Source: Patescibacteria group bacterium (GTDB taxonomy: Bacteria; Patescibacteriota; Patescibacteriia; SG8-24). Taken from it: a stretch of DNA of 64,000 bases. Positions 16,424-25,463 of the stretch are shown piece after piece. The first letter of the stretch is position 1. Each line of letters begins with the position of its first letter. A program made the position numbers and the translations under genes. The notes under the pieces are model-generated. The model made no database searches, had not been told where the DNA came from, and saw nothing but the letters and a program-made list of their open reading frames with translations. The DNA is taken from assembly GCA_028714475.1 (NCBI GenBank), contig JAQTNC010000005.1, forward strand, positions 6,857-70,856, in the 5' to 3' direction.

Positions 16424-17665
16424 ATGAAAATCGCGATTATCGGCGGGGGCGCGGCGGGGCTCATGGCCTTGGCGGCGGCGCGTGAGGCCAATCCGCAGGC
16501 CGAAATTCATCTGATTGAGCGTAACGAGGCCGTCGGCCGGAAGATACTGCTCACCGGCGGCGGGCGCTGTAACGTCACGACCGGGCTCACGGACGTCGCC
16601 GAGGTGTTGACTCGGTATCCGCGCGGCGCCGGTTTCCTGGAAGACGCGATGCGCGCGTTTCCGCCCACGGCGGTGCGGGCGTGGTTCGAGGCGCAAGGTG
16701 TGCCGCTCAAGGAAGAGGCCGACCGGCGCATTTTCCCGAAGTCCGACGACGGGCGTGACGTGGTGGCGGTCTTCGAGAGGCTTTTGCGCGAGCCGAAAGT
16801 CATCGCGCACTTGAAGGCTGTCGCTGAGGGCATCGAACGGTCGGCTGGCGGGATGTTTCAGGTCAAAATCCGCGGCCTCGCGTCGCCGCTCCAATTCGAC
16901 CGCGTCATCCTGACGACCGGAGGGCGGGCGTACCGCGAGACCGGTTCGACCGGCGACGGCTATGCTTTCGCCGCCAAGTTCGGTCACGTCATCACGCCAC
17001 TCGCGGCCAGCTTGAGTGCGCTTCACGTGCGCGAGAAATGGGCGGGCGAATTGGCCGGCGTTTCTTTCGCGCGGGCGCGCATGAGCGTCCCCAGGGGCGG
17101 CCATGAGTTCACCGGCCCATTCGTCTTTACCCATCGCGGCCTGACTGGTCCGGCGGTTTTCGCCGTCTCGTCGCTCATCGCGCACGAGCCGGTTTCCGCG
17201 ACCGAACCGCTGGAAATGGAAATTGACTTCCTGCCAGACGAAACGAAAGCGGCGGCAACCGAGCGGCTGAACCGCACTTGCCAACAGGCACCGACGCGTC
17301 ATTTCGAAAATGTGCTCACGGAGTTCGTGCCGAAGGCACTCGCGGCGGTCGTGTGCCGCGAAACCAAAATTCCTGCCGATCGCTTCGCCGGCAAGGTCAG
17401 CAAGAAGGATATGGTAGCCACGGTCGCCTGGCTCAAGGGCGCGCCCTTGCGTGTCATCGGCCGCGCGGCCGGCGAGGAGTTCGTGACGGCCGGCGGCGTT
17501 GACCTCACGGAAGTTAATCCGGCGACCATGGAGTCGCGGCTTTGTCCCGGCCTGTATTTCGCCGGCGAAATTTTGAATATTGACGCCTTTACCGGCGGTT
17601 TTAACCTTCAGTCCGCCTGGGCGACCGGGCGGTTGGCGGGTGATAGCGCGGCCAGGATATCCTGA
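16424..17665 (+). CDS. HI0933-like FAD-dependent flavoprotein (BaiN/aminoacetone oxidase family oxidoreductase)
   Basis: N-terminal Rossmann motif MKIAIIGGGAAGLMALAAA, then TGGGRCNVT, and a family-typical length (about 413 aa). The minus-strand ORF 16316..17680 is a shadow. Confidence 0.8.
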   Translation: MKIAIIGGGAAGLMALAAAREANPQAEIHLIERNEAVGRKILLTGGGRCNVTTGLTDVAEVLTRYPRGAGFLEDAMRAFPPTAVRAWFEAQGVPLKEEADRRIFPKSDDGRDVVAVFERLLREPKVIAHLKAVAEGIERSAGGMFQVKIRGLASPLQFDRVILTTGGRAYRETGSTGDGYAFAAKFGHVITPLAASLSALHVREKWAGELAGVSFARARMSVPRGGHEFTGPFVFTHRGLTGPAVFAVSSLIAHEPVSATEPLEMEIDFLPDETKAAATERLNRTCQQAPTRHFENVLTEFVPKALAAVVCRETKIPADRFAGKVSKKDMVATVAWLKGAPLRVIGRAAGEEFVTAGGVDLTEVNPATMESRLCPGLYFAGEILNIDAFTGGFNLQSAWATGRLAGDSAARIS

Positions 17666-17784
17666 CCGCGCGCTGAACAATTTGGCCGGGTTGGGCGGGG
17701 CGCAAGGGCGACACCCGCCACTATTGACAAATTAGCTAAAATATGATATTCTTCGTTAACGCTTAATTACTTGTTCAAAATCAT

Positions 17785-18459
17785 ATGGGAAATTTTGATC
17801 GCCGCCGTGAATCCGGTTCCGACCGGGGTGGCAAGAGGTTTGGAGGGGGAAGGGGAGGTTTCGGCGGCCGTGACGGCACGAGGCCGACGCAGTTGTTCAA
17901 GGCGACCTGCGAGGCCTGCAAGCGCCCTTGCGAGGTGCCGTTCCGCCCGACCGGCGAGAAGCCGGTTTACTGCCGCGATTGCTTCAAGGGAGGCAATGAC
18001 GGCCAACCGCGGAGATTTGGCGACCGGGATGCCGGACGTTCCTCCTTCGGCGAGAAACAGATGTTTTCGGCGACCTGCAGCCAATGCGGCAGCCGATGCG
18101 AGGTGCCGTTCCGCCCGACCGGCGAGAAGCCGGTTTACTGCCGCGCCTGTTTCGGCAAGGACACGCACGCGCCGAGCCGCGACGTCAGACCCGCGGTTGA
18201 CCAGTACAAGGCGCAGTTCGAGACGCTGAACTACAAGCTTGATCGCATCATGCGCGCCTTGGGTGTCGAGAGCGAGAGGAAAGTCCTGGTCGTTGACTCG
18301 ACGCCGGCTAAGGATTCGGGGACTGTCCCCGAACGGGGACTGTCCCCAGACGCAGCGGTTACAAAGAAAGAATCGGATGCCGCTCCGGCTAAGGCGGTCA
18401 AAGCGCCCAAGGCAGGCAAGGCCGCTGGCAAGAAAGCCAAGACCGCCAAGAAAAAATAA
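17785..18459 (+). CDS. RGG-box / double zinc-ribbon / Lys-rich-tail protein (putative nucleic-acid-binding)
   Basis: The N-terminal region contains a Gly/Arg-rich stretch (GGKRFGGGRGGFGGRDG) and ends in KAVKAPKAGKAAGKKAKTAKKK. It has two near-identical Cys modules, CEACKRPCEVPFRPTGEKPVYCRDCF and CSQCGSRCEVPFRPTGEKPVYCRACF. Confidence 0.5.
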   Translation: MGNFDRRRESGSDRGGKRFGGGRGGFGGRDGTRPTQLFKATCEACKRPCEVPFRPTGEKPVYCRDCFKGGNDGQPRRFGDRDAGRSSFGEKQMFSATCSQCGSRCEVPFRPTGEKPVYCRACFGKDTHAPSRDVRPAVDQYKAQFETLNYKLDRIMRALGVESERKVLVVDSTPAKDSGTVPERGLSPDAAVTKKESDAAPAKAVKAPKAGKAAGKKAKTAKKK

Positions 18460-18548
18460 TTGGATAAAAGCCAAAGGGCCGCCACGGGCGGTCCTTCGAC
18501 AGCGCGGCAAGTCGCATCGTGGTTGGAATTGAACTTCGGAGGATGTAC

Positions 18549-18932
18549 ATGGCAAAGAAGCTTGTCGATTTGTTTGATGCATGTCAGACGACTCGTGACG
18601 AGGTGGCCTTGGCAGAGCTCACCGCCGTCGGAATCGCGGTTGTCCACACCGAGCCACGCGACGACGTCAGAGGCCCGATCGTGTCCAGCGTTGCTGGTCA
18701 GCTTGGTGACATGATCATCGAGCGCAGTTACGCTGGATGGAGGGTGCCGATGCTCCAGTCGAACGTCGCACACGCCATCTTGGACGCGATGACTCTGACC
18801 GACCAACGGATGGAGGGATGCGTGACGAAGGTCGCGATGGACCGAGTGGCCGATGACACGACCATCCTGACCGACGGAGGCTTGGCTGCTCTTGCGAAGG
18901 TCTGCGCGGCCAACCCTACCGAAGGTGGGTAG
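18549..18932 (+). CDS. hypothetical protein
   Basis: About 127-aa ORF (MAKKLVDLFDACQTTRDEVALAELTAVGIAVVH...). The start is uncertain (track 18519). No domain recognised. Confidence 0.3.
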   Translation: MAKKLVDLFDACQTTRDEVALAELTAVGIAVVHTEPRDDVRGPIVSSVAGQLGDMIIERSYAGWRVPMLQSNVAHAILDAMTLTDQRMEGCVTKVAMDRVADDTTILTDGGLAALAKVCAANPTEGG

Positions 18933-19040
18933 CGCTGTTCGTTCGAAAGCCTACGTAGTGCACTGACCGGGCGTCATTCGACGCCCGGTCGCGCCGCGGG
19001 TTTGCTGGTTTTCCTTAAAACCAGTTTTCTGTTTCCCTCA

Positions 19041-19080
19041 TAATAATATTCCCCGAGCGGAGCGCAGCGGAGTCGAGGGG
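19041..19080 (+). repeat. member of the intergenic repeat family TAATATTCCCCGAGCGGAG ... GGAGTCGAGGGG (other members about 19122-19166, 41112-41150, 41476-41532, 42985-43053)
   Basis: The conserved boxes ATAATATTCCCCGAGCGGAG and GAGTCGAGGGG are read at 19041 and 42985. Variants CCCTGAGCG(A/G)AG...GAAGTCGAAGG occur at 41112 and 41476. Confidence 0.6.
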
Positions 19081-19289
19081 CAGGCCCTCCACTCGGGTCG
19101 GGCCAGAACTATTTTTTCCCGAGCGGACCCGCAATACTGCGGGGGAAGTCGAGGGGCAACCGATTTATCCCGGCGACGCTGCCGCTATCGAGGCGGCCAA
19201 GCCCTTGATTTTTCCCCTGGAATTCGCTATATTTTAAGCATGTTTAACGAACGCCGCAGGAGACTGACCAGGCTTGGCGGCAACGACAA

Positions 19290-20879
19290 ATGATAAACCG
19301 AGAGCATCCAACCGATGACCGGGTGGAGCGGCAAGAAGTTGCCGCCGGTTTCGCGCCGGTCATCGAAAGTCGCGCCTCGCTTTATCATCCGACCGTGAGT
19401 TACGAGGTCGTCGTGGGTGATCGAACCCGCCTTCAGCGCGAAGCGGCGGCAGCGCCGGACTTGCAGACTGGGGAGGCTGACCAGGATAAACGCGCCATCC
19501 AGGCGGCCGCCGCCGTCGAGACCCAGTGCGCGCCGGCCTTGTCCGAGCGGCAGATCACCGGAATCATTCGGGGCGTATCGCCAGACGAGGCGCGTGAACG
19601 CGGCGCGAGCGCGGTCGCCGGCCGTTTGGCTTCAGCGGCGGCTGCGGATGCCTTGCGCCTGTTGCCACCCGGCGCCGATGCGGAGGCGACCAGGAGGTTT
19701 CTCTCGGACACCTGTCGGCAGGCTCGCGACACGGTAGATGGCTACGCGAAAAGACGCGGCTTCAAGAACATAGATTTGGCCTTGGATTTGTTGCGCCTGG
19801 TGCAGGATGAAGCGTTGCGGCGGCGAGAGGAAGCAGACTTGGTGTTCGCCCACGCCGGTGACGGACGCATCTATGTCCTCGACGGCGAGACGGAGGAGTT
19901 CCGTTGCTTGACCGCTGACGACGCTTTGGCGAAACAGGCGCCCGGGGGAAAGGCCGACGTTAAATCAGGTCTGGCCCGCATCAGAATGGGCGACCGCGTT
20001 TTCGTCGTTTCCGCTGGCGTCCATCACAACCTTTCTGAAGAAGCGCTGGCGCGTTTGCTCGCGGAAGGTGGCGTCAGGGCAGCGGCCGAGCGCGCTGAGG
20101 CCGTGGCGTTCGGCGGAAGCACGGAGCGCGGCCGACCCGGTGACATCACGGCCGTTGAGATCCCCTTCGGCGCGGTCCAGGCCGAGACGGCGGTCGCCCC
20201 GGCCGATGAGAAAGGCGATGCAGAAAGGCTGGCGCAGTTGGAAGAGAAGATCGTCCGGGTGTCGGGCGAAGTGGCGCGCCTCGCGAGGTTGCGTACGGCC
20301 GCTTTGGCCATCAAGGATCCGAAACTCGTCGCTCCGGGTTATGACGTCGCTTTCGCCAAAGCAAGGCTGGCGCGCGATGTCGAAACCGAAGGCGGCTTGG
20401 CGGAGATTGAAAGCAAGTTGCGTCCCGTTCGCATCCAATCCTTGTCGTTGCGGCAGGAAGCGCTGACTATCAGGGCTGGGACCGCCGCGACCGCCGCTGA
20501 CCAGTTGCGGCAGGCACACGATCGGGCCATGAGAATGCGGATAGCGGCTGGGGTGATCGCGGCCGAACAAGCACACCGACCGGTCGCCGGTATCATGGTT
20601 GACCCCGGCGCGGGCGCGGCGGTGCGGCAAATGCTTTCAGCAGGTGGCGACGCGCGGGGTTTGCACGATCGGTTTAAGGTTGAAGTTGACGAGACCGAGC
20701 GCCGGCTTAAGGCGCTCGAAGCGACCAATCCCGTTTTGGTGGAGTTGGACAGGACGACGCGCGAACTGCGGAAGCTCCAGCAGGAGGAAATTCTGGCGAG
20801 ACCGACGGCGAGGCCGAAACCCGACAGCGGTTCCATAAAAAAACCTGGCGCCGTTCTTCCGGAACGCCGGGCGGGGTGA
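19290..20879 (+). CDS. hypothetical Ala-rich protein with a degenerate PP2C-phosphatase-like segment and a coiled-coil C-terminus
   Basis: Segments VFAHAGDGRIYVL and GDRVFVVSAGVHHNLSEEALARLLAEGG resemble PP2C motifs (xVGDSRxY, GDRLLLCSDGL..VSDEEI). The C-terminal roughly 250 aa is a helical Ala/Arg/Glu-rich coiled coil. Confidence 0.35.
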   Translation: MINREHPTDDRVERQEVAAGFAPVIESRASLYHPTVSYEVVVGDRTRLQREAAAAPDLQTGEADQDKRAIQAAAAVETQCAPALSERQITGIIRGVSPDEARERGASAVAGRLASAAAADALRLLPPGADAEATRRFLSDTCRQARDTVDGYAKRRGFKNIDLALDLLRLVQDEALRRREEADLVFAHAGDGRIYVLDGETEEFRCLTADDALAKQAPGGKADVKSGLARIRMGDRVFVVSAGVHHNLSEEALARLLAEGGVRAAAERAEAVAFGGSTERGRPGDITAVEIPFGAVQAETAVAPADEKGDAERLAQLEEKIVRVSGEVARLARLRTAALAIKDPKLVAPGYDVAFAKARLARDVETEGGLAEIESKLRPVRIQSLSLRQEALTIRAGTAATAADQLRQAHDRAMRMRIAAGVIAAEQAHRPVAGIMVDPGAGAAVRQMLSAGGDARGLHDRFKVEVDETERRLKALEATNPVLVELDRTTRELRKLQQEEILARPTARPKPDSGSIKKPGAVLPERRAG

Positions 20880-21066
20880 AGATATTTTGAATTGCCGCAC
20901 GATTTTCGCCCCGGTGGGCGTTTTTTTGTTATGGGCGGCGCGGCAGCGGTGACGCCAGATTCCGTCAGCCCAACGCCGGCCACTGCCATCTGCCATTTAC
21001 TGCCTCCTTGCGCTTTTTTTGCGGTTCCGCTAAAACCCCTAAAATGAAAAACTAACCGTTTCGCCT

Positions 21067-22314
21067 ATGCGCGATCAGCCCAGTTTGTCTGCAGGCGCGG
21101 ACGCATCGCCCCTGTGGCCGTGTCAAACGCTTCAGCCCGTCGAGCCGGAATACCACGAACTGTTTCCCGGGGCCGTTCTCCGGCGCTATGCCGCTGATTT
21201 TCCCGCTCACGGCTTGGCCGATGCGGTCCGGACCAATGTTTTCGAAGCCATCTTCGATGACGGAACGTGCCGTTTCGGCCTGCGCCATTCCGTCAAACCG
21301 AAATCGCCATGGGATTTCCTGTCGTCTGGCGAGTCGGCGGTCGTCATGAACGCCGGCTTTTGTTTTGTCGCCGATCACTCGCCGATGAAGCCGGTGAACC
21401 ACTCATATCATTTTCAGGCCTTGGGACGGCGGCTCATGAGCCTGCCGACGAAGACGAAGACAGCGCTCGTCTGTCGCGACGGGCGGTTTAGTCCGGCCAG
21501 GGTCGAGGCACGCGGCCGCTTGCGGATCGGCGCGACGGAAATGGTATGGGTCGGCAGTCACGAGGCGGACGGAGAAGCGGGGGAGAAGGCGATTGTCTTC
21601 GGCTTGGCTAACCAGACCCTGCGCAAGGACGAGCGCGGCATCGCGGCGATGCCAGACGACGGCATCATCGGGTGCCCACGAGGTTGTCGGCAGGTTCTCA
21701 TGCGTAACGGTCTGGACGGCAACCTCGTGGTCGCGGAAATTACCGGCGCAAGCGTGCCCGTTTTGACGGCGACGGTCATCCTCCAGGTGCCGGAAGCGAT
21801 GGCCGGACGATTACGTGTCGGCGATGCCGTTGAGGATTGGGTCGTCGGCGGGTTTTCCGCCCGTGATTTCGACGCGGCCGTCACGACGAGCGTTGAGCTG
21901 GGCTCGAATCCGGACGACCTTGCCGCCGCTGTCGAGGCCGAGCGCGTCATCATGGCGCGGCATCCGGACGGCTCGCCGTTCTATCGCAATCTCGATTCGC
22001 CCAAGGGCCGCGCCGCGGTTTTCGAGACGCAAGACGGTCGAGTTCACTTCCTCATCATCGATGCCCGTCCGGATGACCAGAACCAGAAAGGCGTCACGCT
22101 CGGCCAGCTCGCCCGATGGCTTCGGCGAGGCGGCGAGCCGCGCTGGGCCGTTTCCGTTGACGGCGGCCAATCCGCCAAGATCGGCTGGTCGGTGGGCGGT
22201 CGTCGGGATGTCGTCGGTAACCTTCATTACGTGAATTACGACCGCCCCAGGCCGTTCTGGGACGGATGGCGCGGCCGGCCAGTCACGTCCTGCGTGGCCG
22301 CTTGGCCGGTTTAG
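21067..22314 (+). CDS. phosphodiester glycosidase family protein (NAGPA/DUF2233-like), tentative
   Basis: C-terminal DGG(Q)S motif (VSVDGGQSAKIGW) and overall beta-rich composition typical of the family. Assignment rests on motif memory only. Confidence 0.4.
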   Translation: MRDQPSLSAGADASPLWPCQTLQPVEPEYHELFPGAVLRRYAADFPAHGLADAVRTNVFEAIFDDGTCRFGLRHSVKPKSPWDFLSSGESAVVMNAGFCFVADHSPMKPVNHSYHFQALGRRLMSLPTKTKTALVCRDGRFSPARVEARGRLRIGATEMVWVGSHEADGEAGEKAIVFGLANQTLRKDERGIAAMPDDGIIGCPRGCRQVLMRNGLDGNLVVAEITGASVPVLTATVILQVPEAMAGRLRVGDAVEDWVVGGFSARDFDAAVTTSVELGSNPDDLAAAVEAERVIMARHPDGSPFYRNLDSPKGRAAVFETQDGRVHFLIIDARPDDQNQKGVTLGQLARWLRRGGEPRWAVSVDGGQSAKIGWSVGGRRDVVGNLHYVNYDRPRPFWDGWRGRPVTSCVAAWPV

Positions 22315-22336
22315 AGCCTATCCAAAACGCATCAAT

Positions 22337-23230
22337 ATGAAAAAAGTCGAACTCGTCGAATCCGTCCGCCGCCAAACCACCATCGCCAGTCCGGCGACGA
22401 TACGCGGTTACTCACTAACAGGTTTCCAGCCGTGTACAGCGGAGCTTCTTCCCGCTCCGGCCGATCACGGCATCGTTTTCGAGGTTGCCGGCCAGCCGGT
22501 GGCGGTTAGCTTGGAAAATTTGGTGGTCGGCGGCCCGACGCACACGACCGCCTTGACGAACGGCAATGCGCAAGTCATCACAGTGGAACATTTTCTCGCC
22601 GCCGTGAGCGCCATGAACGTTGACAACCTTCTCGTCCGCTTCGGCAAGCTCGGCCTGCCCTTGCCGGATTTTTCGGCCGCCGCCTACGCTGACGCGCTGG
22701 CGGAAGCCGGCTGCGTTGAGTTGTCCGCCTTTCGCCGCGAGTACGTTGTTCGCGCGCCCTTTCGCGTTGAGGAACCGGATGACGGACGATACGCGGAAAT
22801 CAAGCCGCTCGACGGCCGCGATGGCTTCGTCGCCGAAACCGTCACCGTCTTTGATGACCCAATCGGCGAGATGTCGGCGCACTTCGTGAGCGGCGAAACC
22901 GATTTTCGACGCGACCTCGCTTGGGCGCGGAGCTTCGTGCCGCGGCCGCTCGACGACGCGGGCGAAAGGTGGGTGAAGGTGCGCGCACGATACCCCATCC
23001 TGCCCGAAGACCCGAAGGAGTCGCCGCTCGTCGTCTTCGGCAAGGACGGCTTCATCACGCCGCTCCGTGGACCCGACGAACCAGGTCGGCACAAGCTGGT
23101 GGATTTACTCGGCGACCTGACGCTCGCCGGGCATCGCCTCGTCGGCGAAATGAAGGTCTTCAAGCCAGGACACAGCTTCAACGCCACTGTCGCAAGAAGG
23201 ATTCGTGAGGAAGCGGGCGGGGGTAGCTAG
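22337..23230 (+). CDS. lpxC: UDP-3-O-acyl-N-acetylglucosamine deacetylase
   Basis: N-terminal region TIASPATIRGYSLTGFQPCTAELLPAPADHGIVFEV matches the LpxC N-terminus (..G.GLHTG....L.L.PAPA..GI.F). Length is 297 aa, as for LpxC. Confidence 0.7.
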   Translation: MKKVELVESVRRQTTIASPATIRGYSLTGFQPCTAELLPAPADHGIVFEVAGQPVAVSLENLVVGGPTHTTALTNGNAQVITVEHFLAAVSAMNVDNLLVRFGKLGLPLPDFSAAAYADALAEAGCVELSAFRREYVVRAPFRVEEPDDGRYAEIKPLDGRDGFVAETVTVFDDPIGEMSAHFVSGETDFRRDLAWARSFVPRPLDDAGERWVKVRARYPILPEDPKESPLVVFGKDGFITPLRGPDEPGRHKLVDLLGDLTLAGHRLVGEMKVFKPGHSFNATVARRIREEAGGGS

Positions 23231-23299
23231 TAGCTATTCTCGACGCAAGACAGCGGCTGGTTTAAGGAAACCAGCCGCTTTACGAAACGCCCCGAACCC

Positions 23300-23998
23300 T
23301 CAAGGAAGATTAACGGCCAGCCGGAAGCCGACCGTCGGGGCGCGGCCGGCGACATCCATGAGCCCGCGTCGCGCGACGCCGACGGAAAACGCGCAATGCC
23401 GCCAATCGCCGCCTTTGACGATGCAGTACATCCCGTCCGTCTCCGCCCCGTCAGAACCAAGCGCGTAGTGCGTGCCGAGCATCATCTGCTGGACGTTGCC
23501 CGTGACGTGATGGAGCCCAAGATGATTGGCGGCGAAATTCGGATCATCGACGTCCGTAGGGCCGATCACGCCGTCGCCGCGCGAACGGGCGCGGCTAGTA
23601 TCCGGCGCGTCGCCCCAGGGGAACTCCAGGCCGAACGGCGCGGCCGCCGCCGTCCATTGCGCCTCGGTCGGTAGGGTCAACTCAAAACCGTGTCGCCGCG
23701 ACAGCCAGCGGGCATAACGGATCGCCTCAAGATACGTCACGTCGGTCACCGGTTGGCGGTCGCGCGGCGAGGTGAGCGGCCGTTGGTACTGCGGACGGAA
23801 CCGCTCGAATTCAGCGTTGGTCACGCAACACCGCGCGATCCAGAACGGCCTGGTGTCAGCGAAACGCACCGGGGTCTCGTTGCGCCGATGCCCTTCGAGT
23901 CGGCAGGGGAGCGGCTTGTTCGTGCCGAGGCGCACGTCACCGCCCGGCACGCGGACAAAACCCAGTTCGACGAGTGGCAAACACGATGAAGCAGTCAT
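23300..23998 (-). CDS. formylglycine-generating enzyme (FGE/SUMF1) family protein
   Basis: C-terminal FGE-sulfatase signature: IVKGGDWRHCAF (RGGSW-like) and ...PTVGFRLAVN (GFRCA-like). Also VRLPTEAEWE-like TLPTEAQWTAAA. Confidence 0.7.
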   Translation of the reverse strand: MTASSCLPLVELGFVRVPGGDVRLGTNKPLPCRLEGHRRNETPVRFADTRPFWIARCCVTNAEFERFRPQYQRPLTSPRDRQPVTDVTYLEAIRYARWLSRRHGFELTLPTEAQWTAAAAPFGLEFPWGDAPDTSRARSRGDGVIGPTDVDDPNFAANHLGLHHVTGNVQQMMLGTHYALGSDGAETDGMYCIVKGGDWRHCAFSVGVARRGLMDVAGRAPTVGFRLAVNLP

Positions 23999-24335
23999 GG
24001 CGAATCTCCTATTGTAGGGTTGCGGGTTGAGAATGAACCTTGAAACGCGCCATTTTTACGTCCGCCCTCGGCCTTTGTCAACAGCATATTTTTTTGCTGT
24101 GTTGACACTAATTATTTTTATCTCGAAGCCGTCCGCGTGATGCCAATTGAACCAACGGGCAAGGCCATAATCTATTTCGGTTGGTTGCCGCCGCGCGAGC
24201 TACAAAATAATTGGCTCACCAAGTCAAAAAAGACTATAATAGGTATAGTTTTCGCCTCGACGACATTCGTTCGAAATGACGAGCAGTAATTATATTATTC
24301 AGCGGCCCAGCCGCTTAAGCGTCAGCATTCACCTT

Positions 24336-25379
24336 ATGAAAAAAACATTTTTTGCCCTCATGGCCTGTTTGGTTCTGGCCGGAGCCGGTTGTGTCGGTGG
24401 CACCGCGCCGACCACGACGCCCGTCACCGCGGAGCCCAAGGAAACCCCGGTGTTCATCGGCCTTTCCCTCGGGACGCTACGCGAGGAGCGGTGGGCGACC
24501 GATCGCGATTTTATCATCGAGCGCGCCAAACAGCTCGGCGCGGTCGTCAACGTGGAGAACGCCAATTCCGACGCGGACAAGCAGATGGAACAGGCGGAGA
24601 AGCTCATAAACCAGGGTGTCCAAGTGCTGATTGTCGTCCCTCATGACGGGGAAAAGGCGGCCGCCATCGTCGAGCGTGCGCACAAGGCCGGCGTCAAGGT
24701 CATCGCTTACGATCGCCTCATCAAGAACAGCGACCTCGATCTCTACGTCTCTTTCGATAGCGTGAAGGTCGGTCGCATGGAAGCGGAGGCCGTCGTGGCC
24801 GTGGCTCCGAAAGGCGACTATGCCTATGTTGGCGGCGCGGAGACCGACAACAACGCGACCTTGCTCAAGAACGGCACGATGCAGATCCTGCAGCCGAAGG
24901 TCGACAGTGGCGACATCAAGCTGGTTGTGGACGAGTTCACCCCCAACTGGCAGCCGGACTTGGCGTACAAGACCGTCAAGAATTATCTCGCGACCGGCAA
25001 GAAGCTTGACGGCGTAATCGCGGCCAACGACGGCACGGCCTTCGGTGCCATTCAGGCACTCAAGGAAAAGGGCTTGGCCGGTAAGGTGCCGGTTTCCGGC
25101 CAGGACGCGGAACTGTCGGCTTGCCAGCGCCTGGTGGACGGCACCCAAACCGTGACGGTGTATAAGCCGATAAGATCGCTGGCTGATCAGGCCGTCAACT
25201 TGGCCATTGCCCTCGCGAAAGACCGGGCACCAACCGTGAACAGCGTGACCAACAACGGCAAGATCGACGTCCCGTCCTTCATGATCGATCCGGTGGCCGT
25301 GACCAAGGACAACCTCATGGACACCGTCGTCAAGGACGGATTCCATTCCTACGACGAGATTTACGGCGCCAGCCGCTAG
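24336..25379 (+). CDS. periplasmic sugar-binding protein (ABC-type/periplasmic-binding-protein type I, xylose/ribose family), lipoprotein
   Basis: Lipoprotein signal MKKTFFALMACLVLAGAGCVGG. The PBP type I fold signature follows (VFIGLSLGTLREERWATDRDFIIERAKQLGAVVNVENANSDADKQMEQAEKLINQGVQVLIVVPHD). It is followed directly by a histidine kinase. Confidence 0.7.
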   Translation: MKKTFFALMACLVLAGAGCVGGTAPTTTPVTAEPKETPVFIGLSLGTLREERWATDRDFIIERAKQLGAVVNVENANSDADKQMEQAEKLINQGVQVLIVVPHDGEKAAAIVERAHKAGVKVIAYDRLIKNSDLDLYVSFDSVKVGRMEAEAVVAVAPKGDYAYVGGAETDNNATLLKNGTMQILQPKVDSGDIKLVVDEFTPNWQPDLAYKTVKNYLATGKKLDGVIAANDGTAFGAIQALKEKGLAGKVPVSGQDAELSACQRLVDGTQTVTVYKPIRSLADQAVNLAIALAKDRAPTVNSVTNNGKIDVPSFMIDPVAVTKDNLMDTVVKDGFHSYDEIYGASR

Positions 25380-25463
25380 GTCGGCACCGTCATGCCGTGG
25401 AGGCGGGGTTCGGCGATCAGCGCCGCCCCGTCTCCGCGGCAGCAGCACCAGGCACCAACGCCC

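Noticed and set aside
16316-17680. 454-aa minus-strand ORF opposite the flavoprotein gene
   Set aside because: Shadow frame. The + strand product has the GGGAAG Rossmann motif and HI0933 family features.
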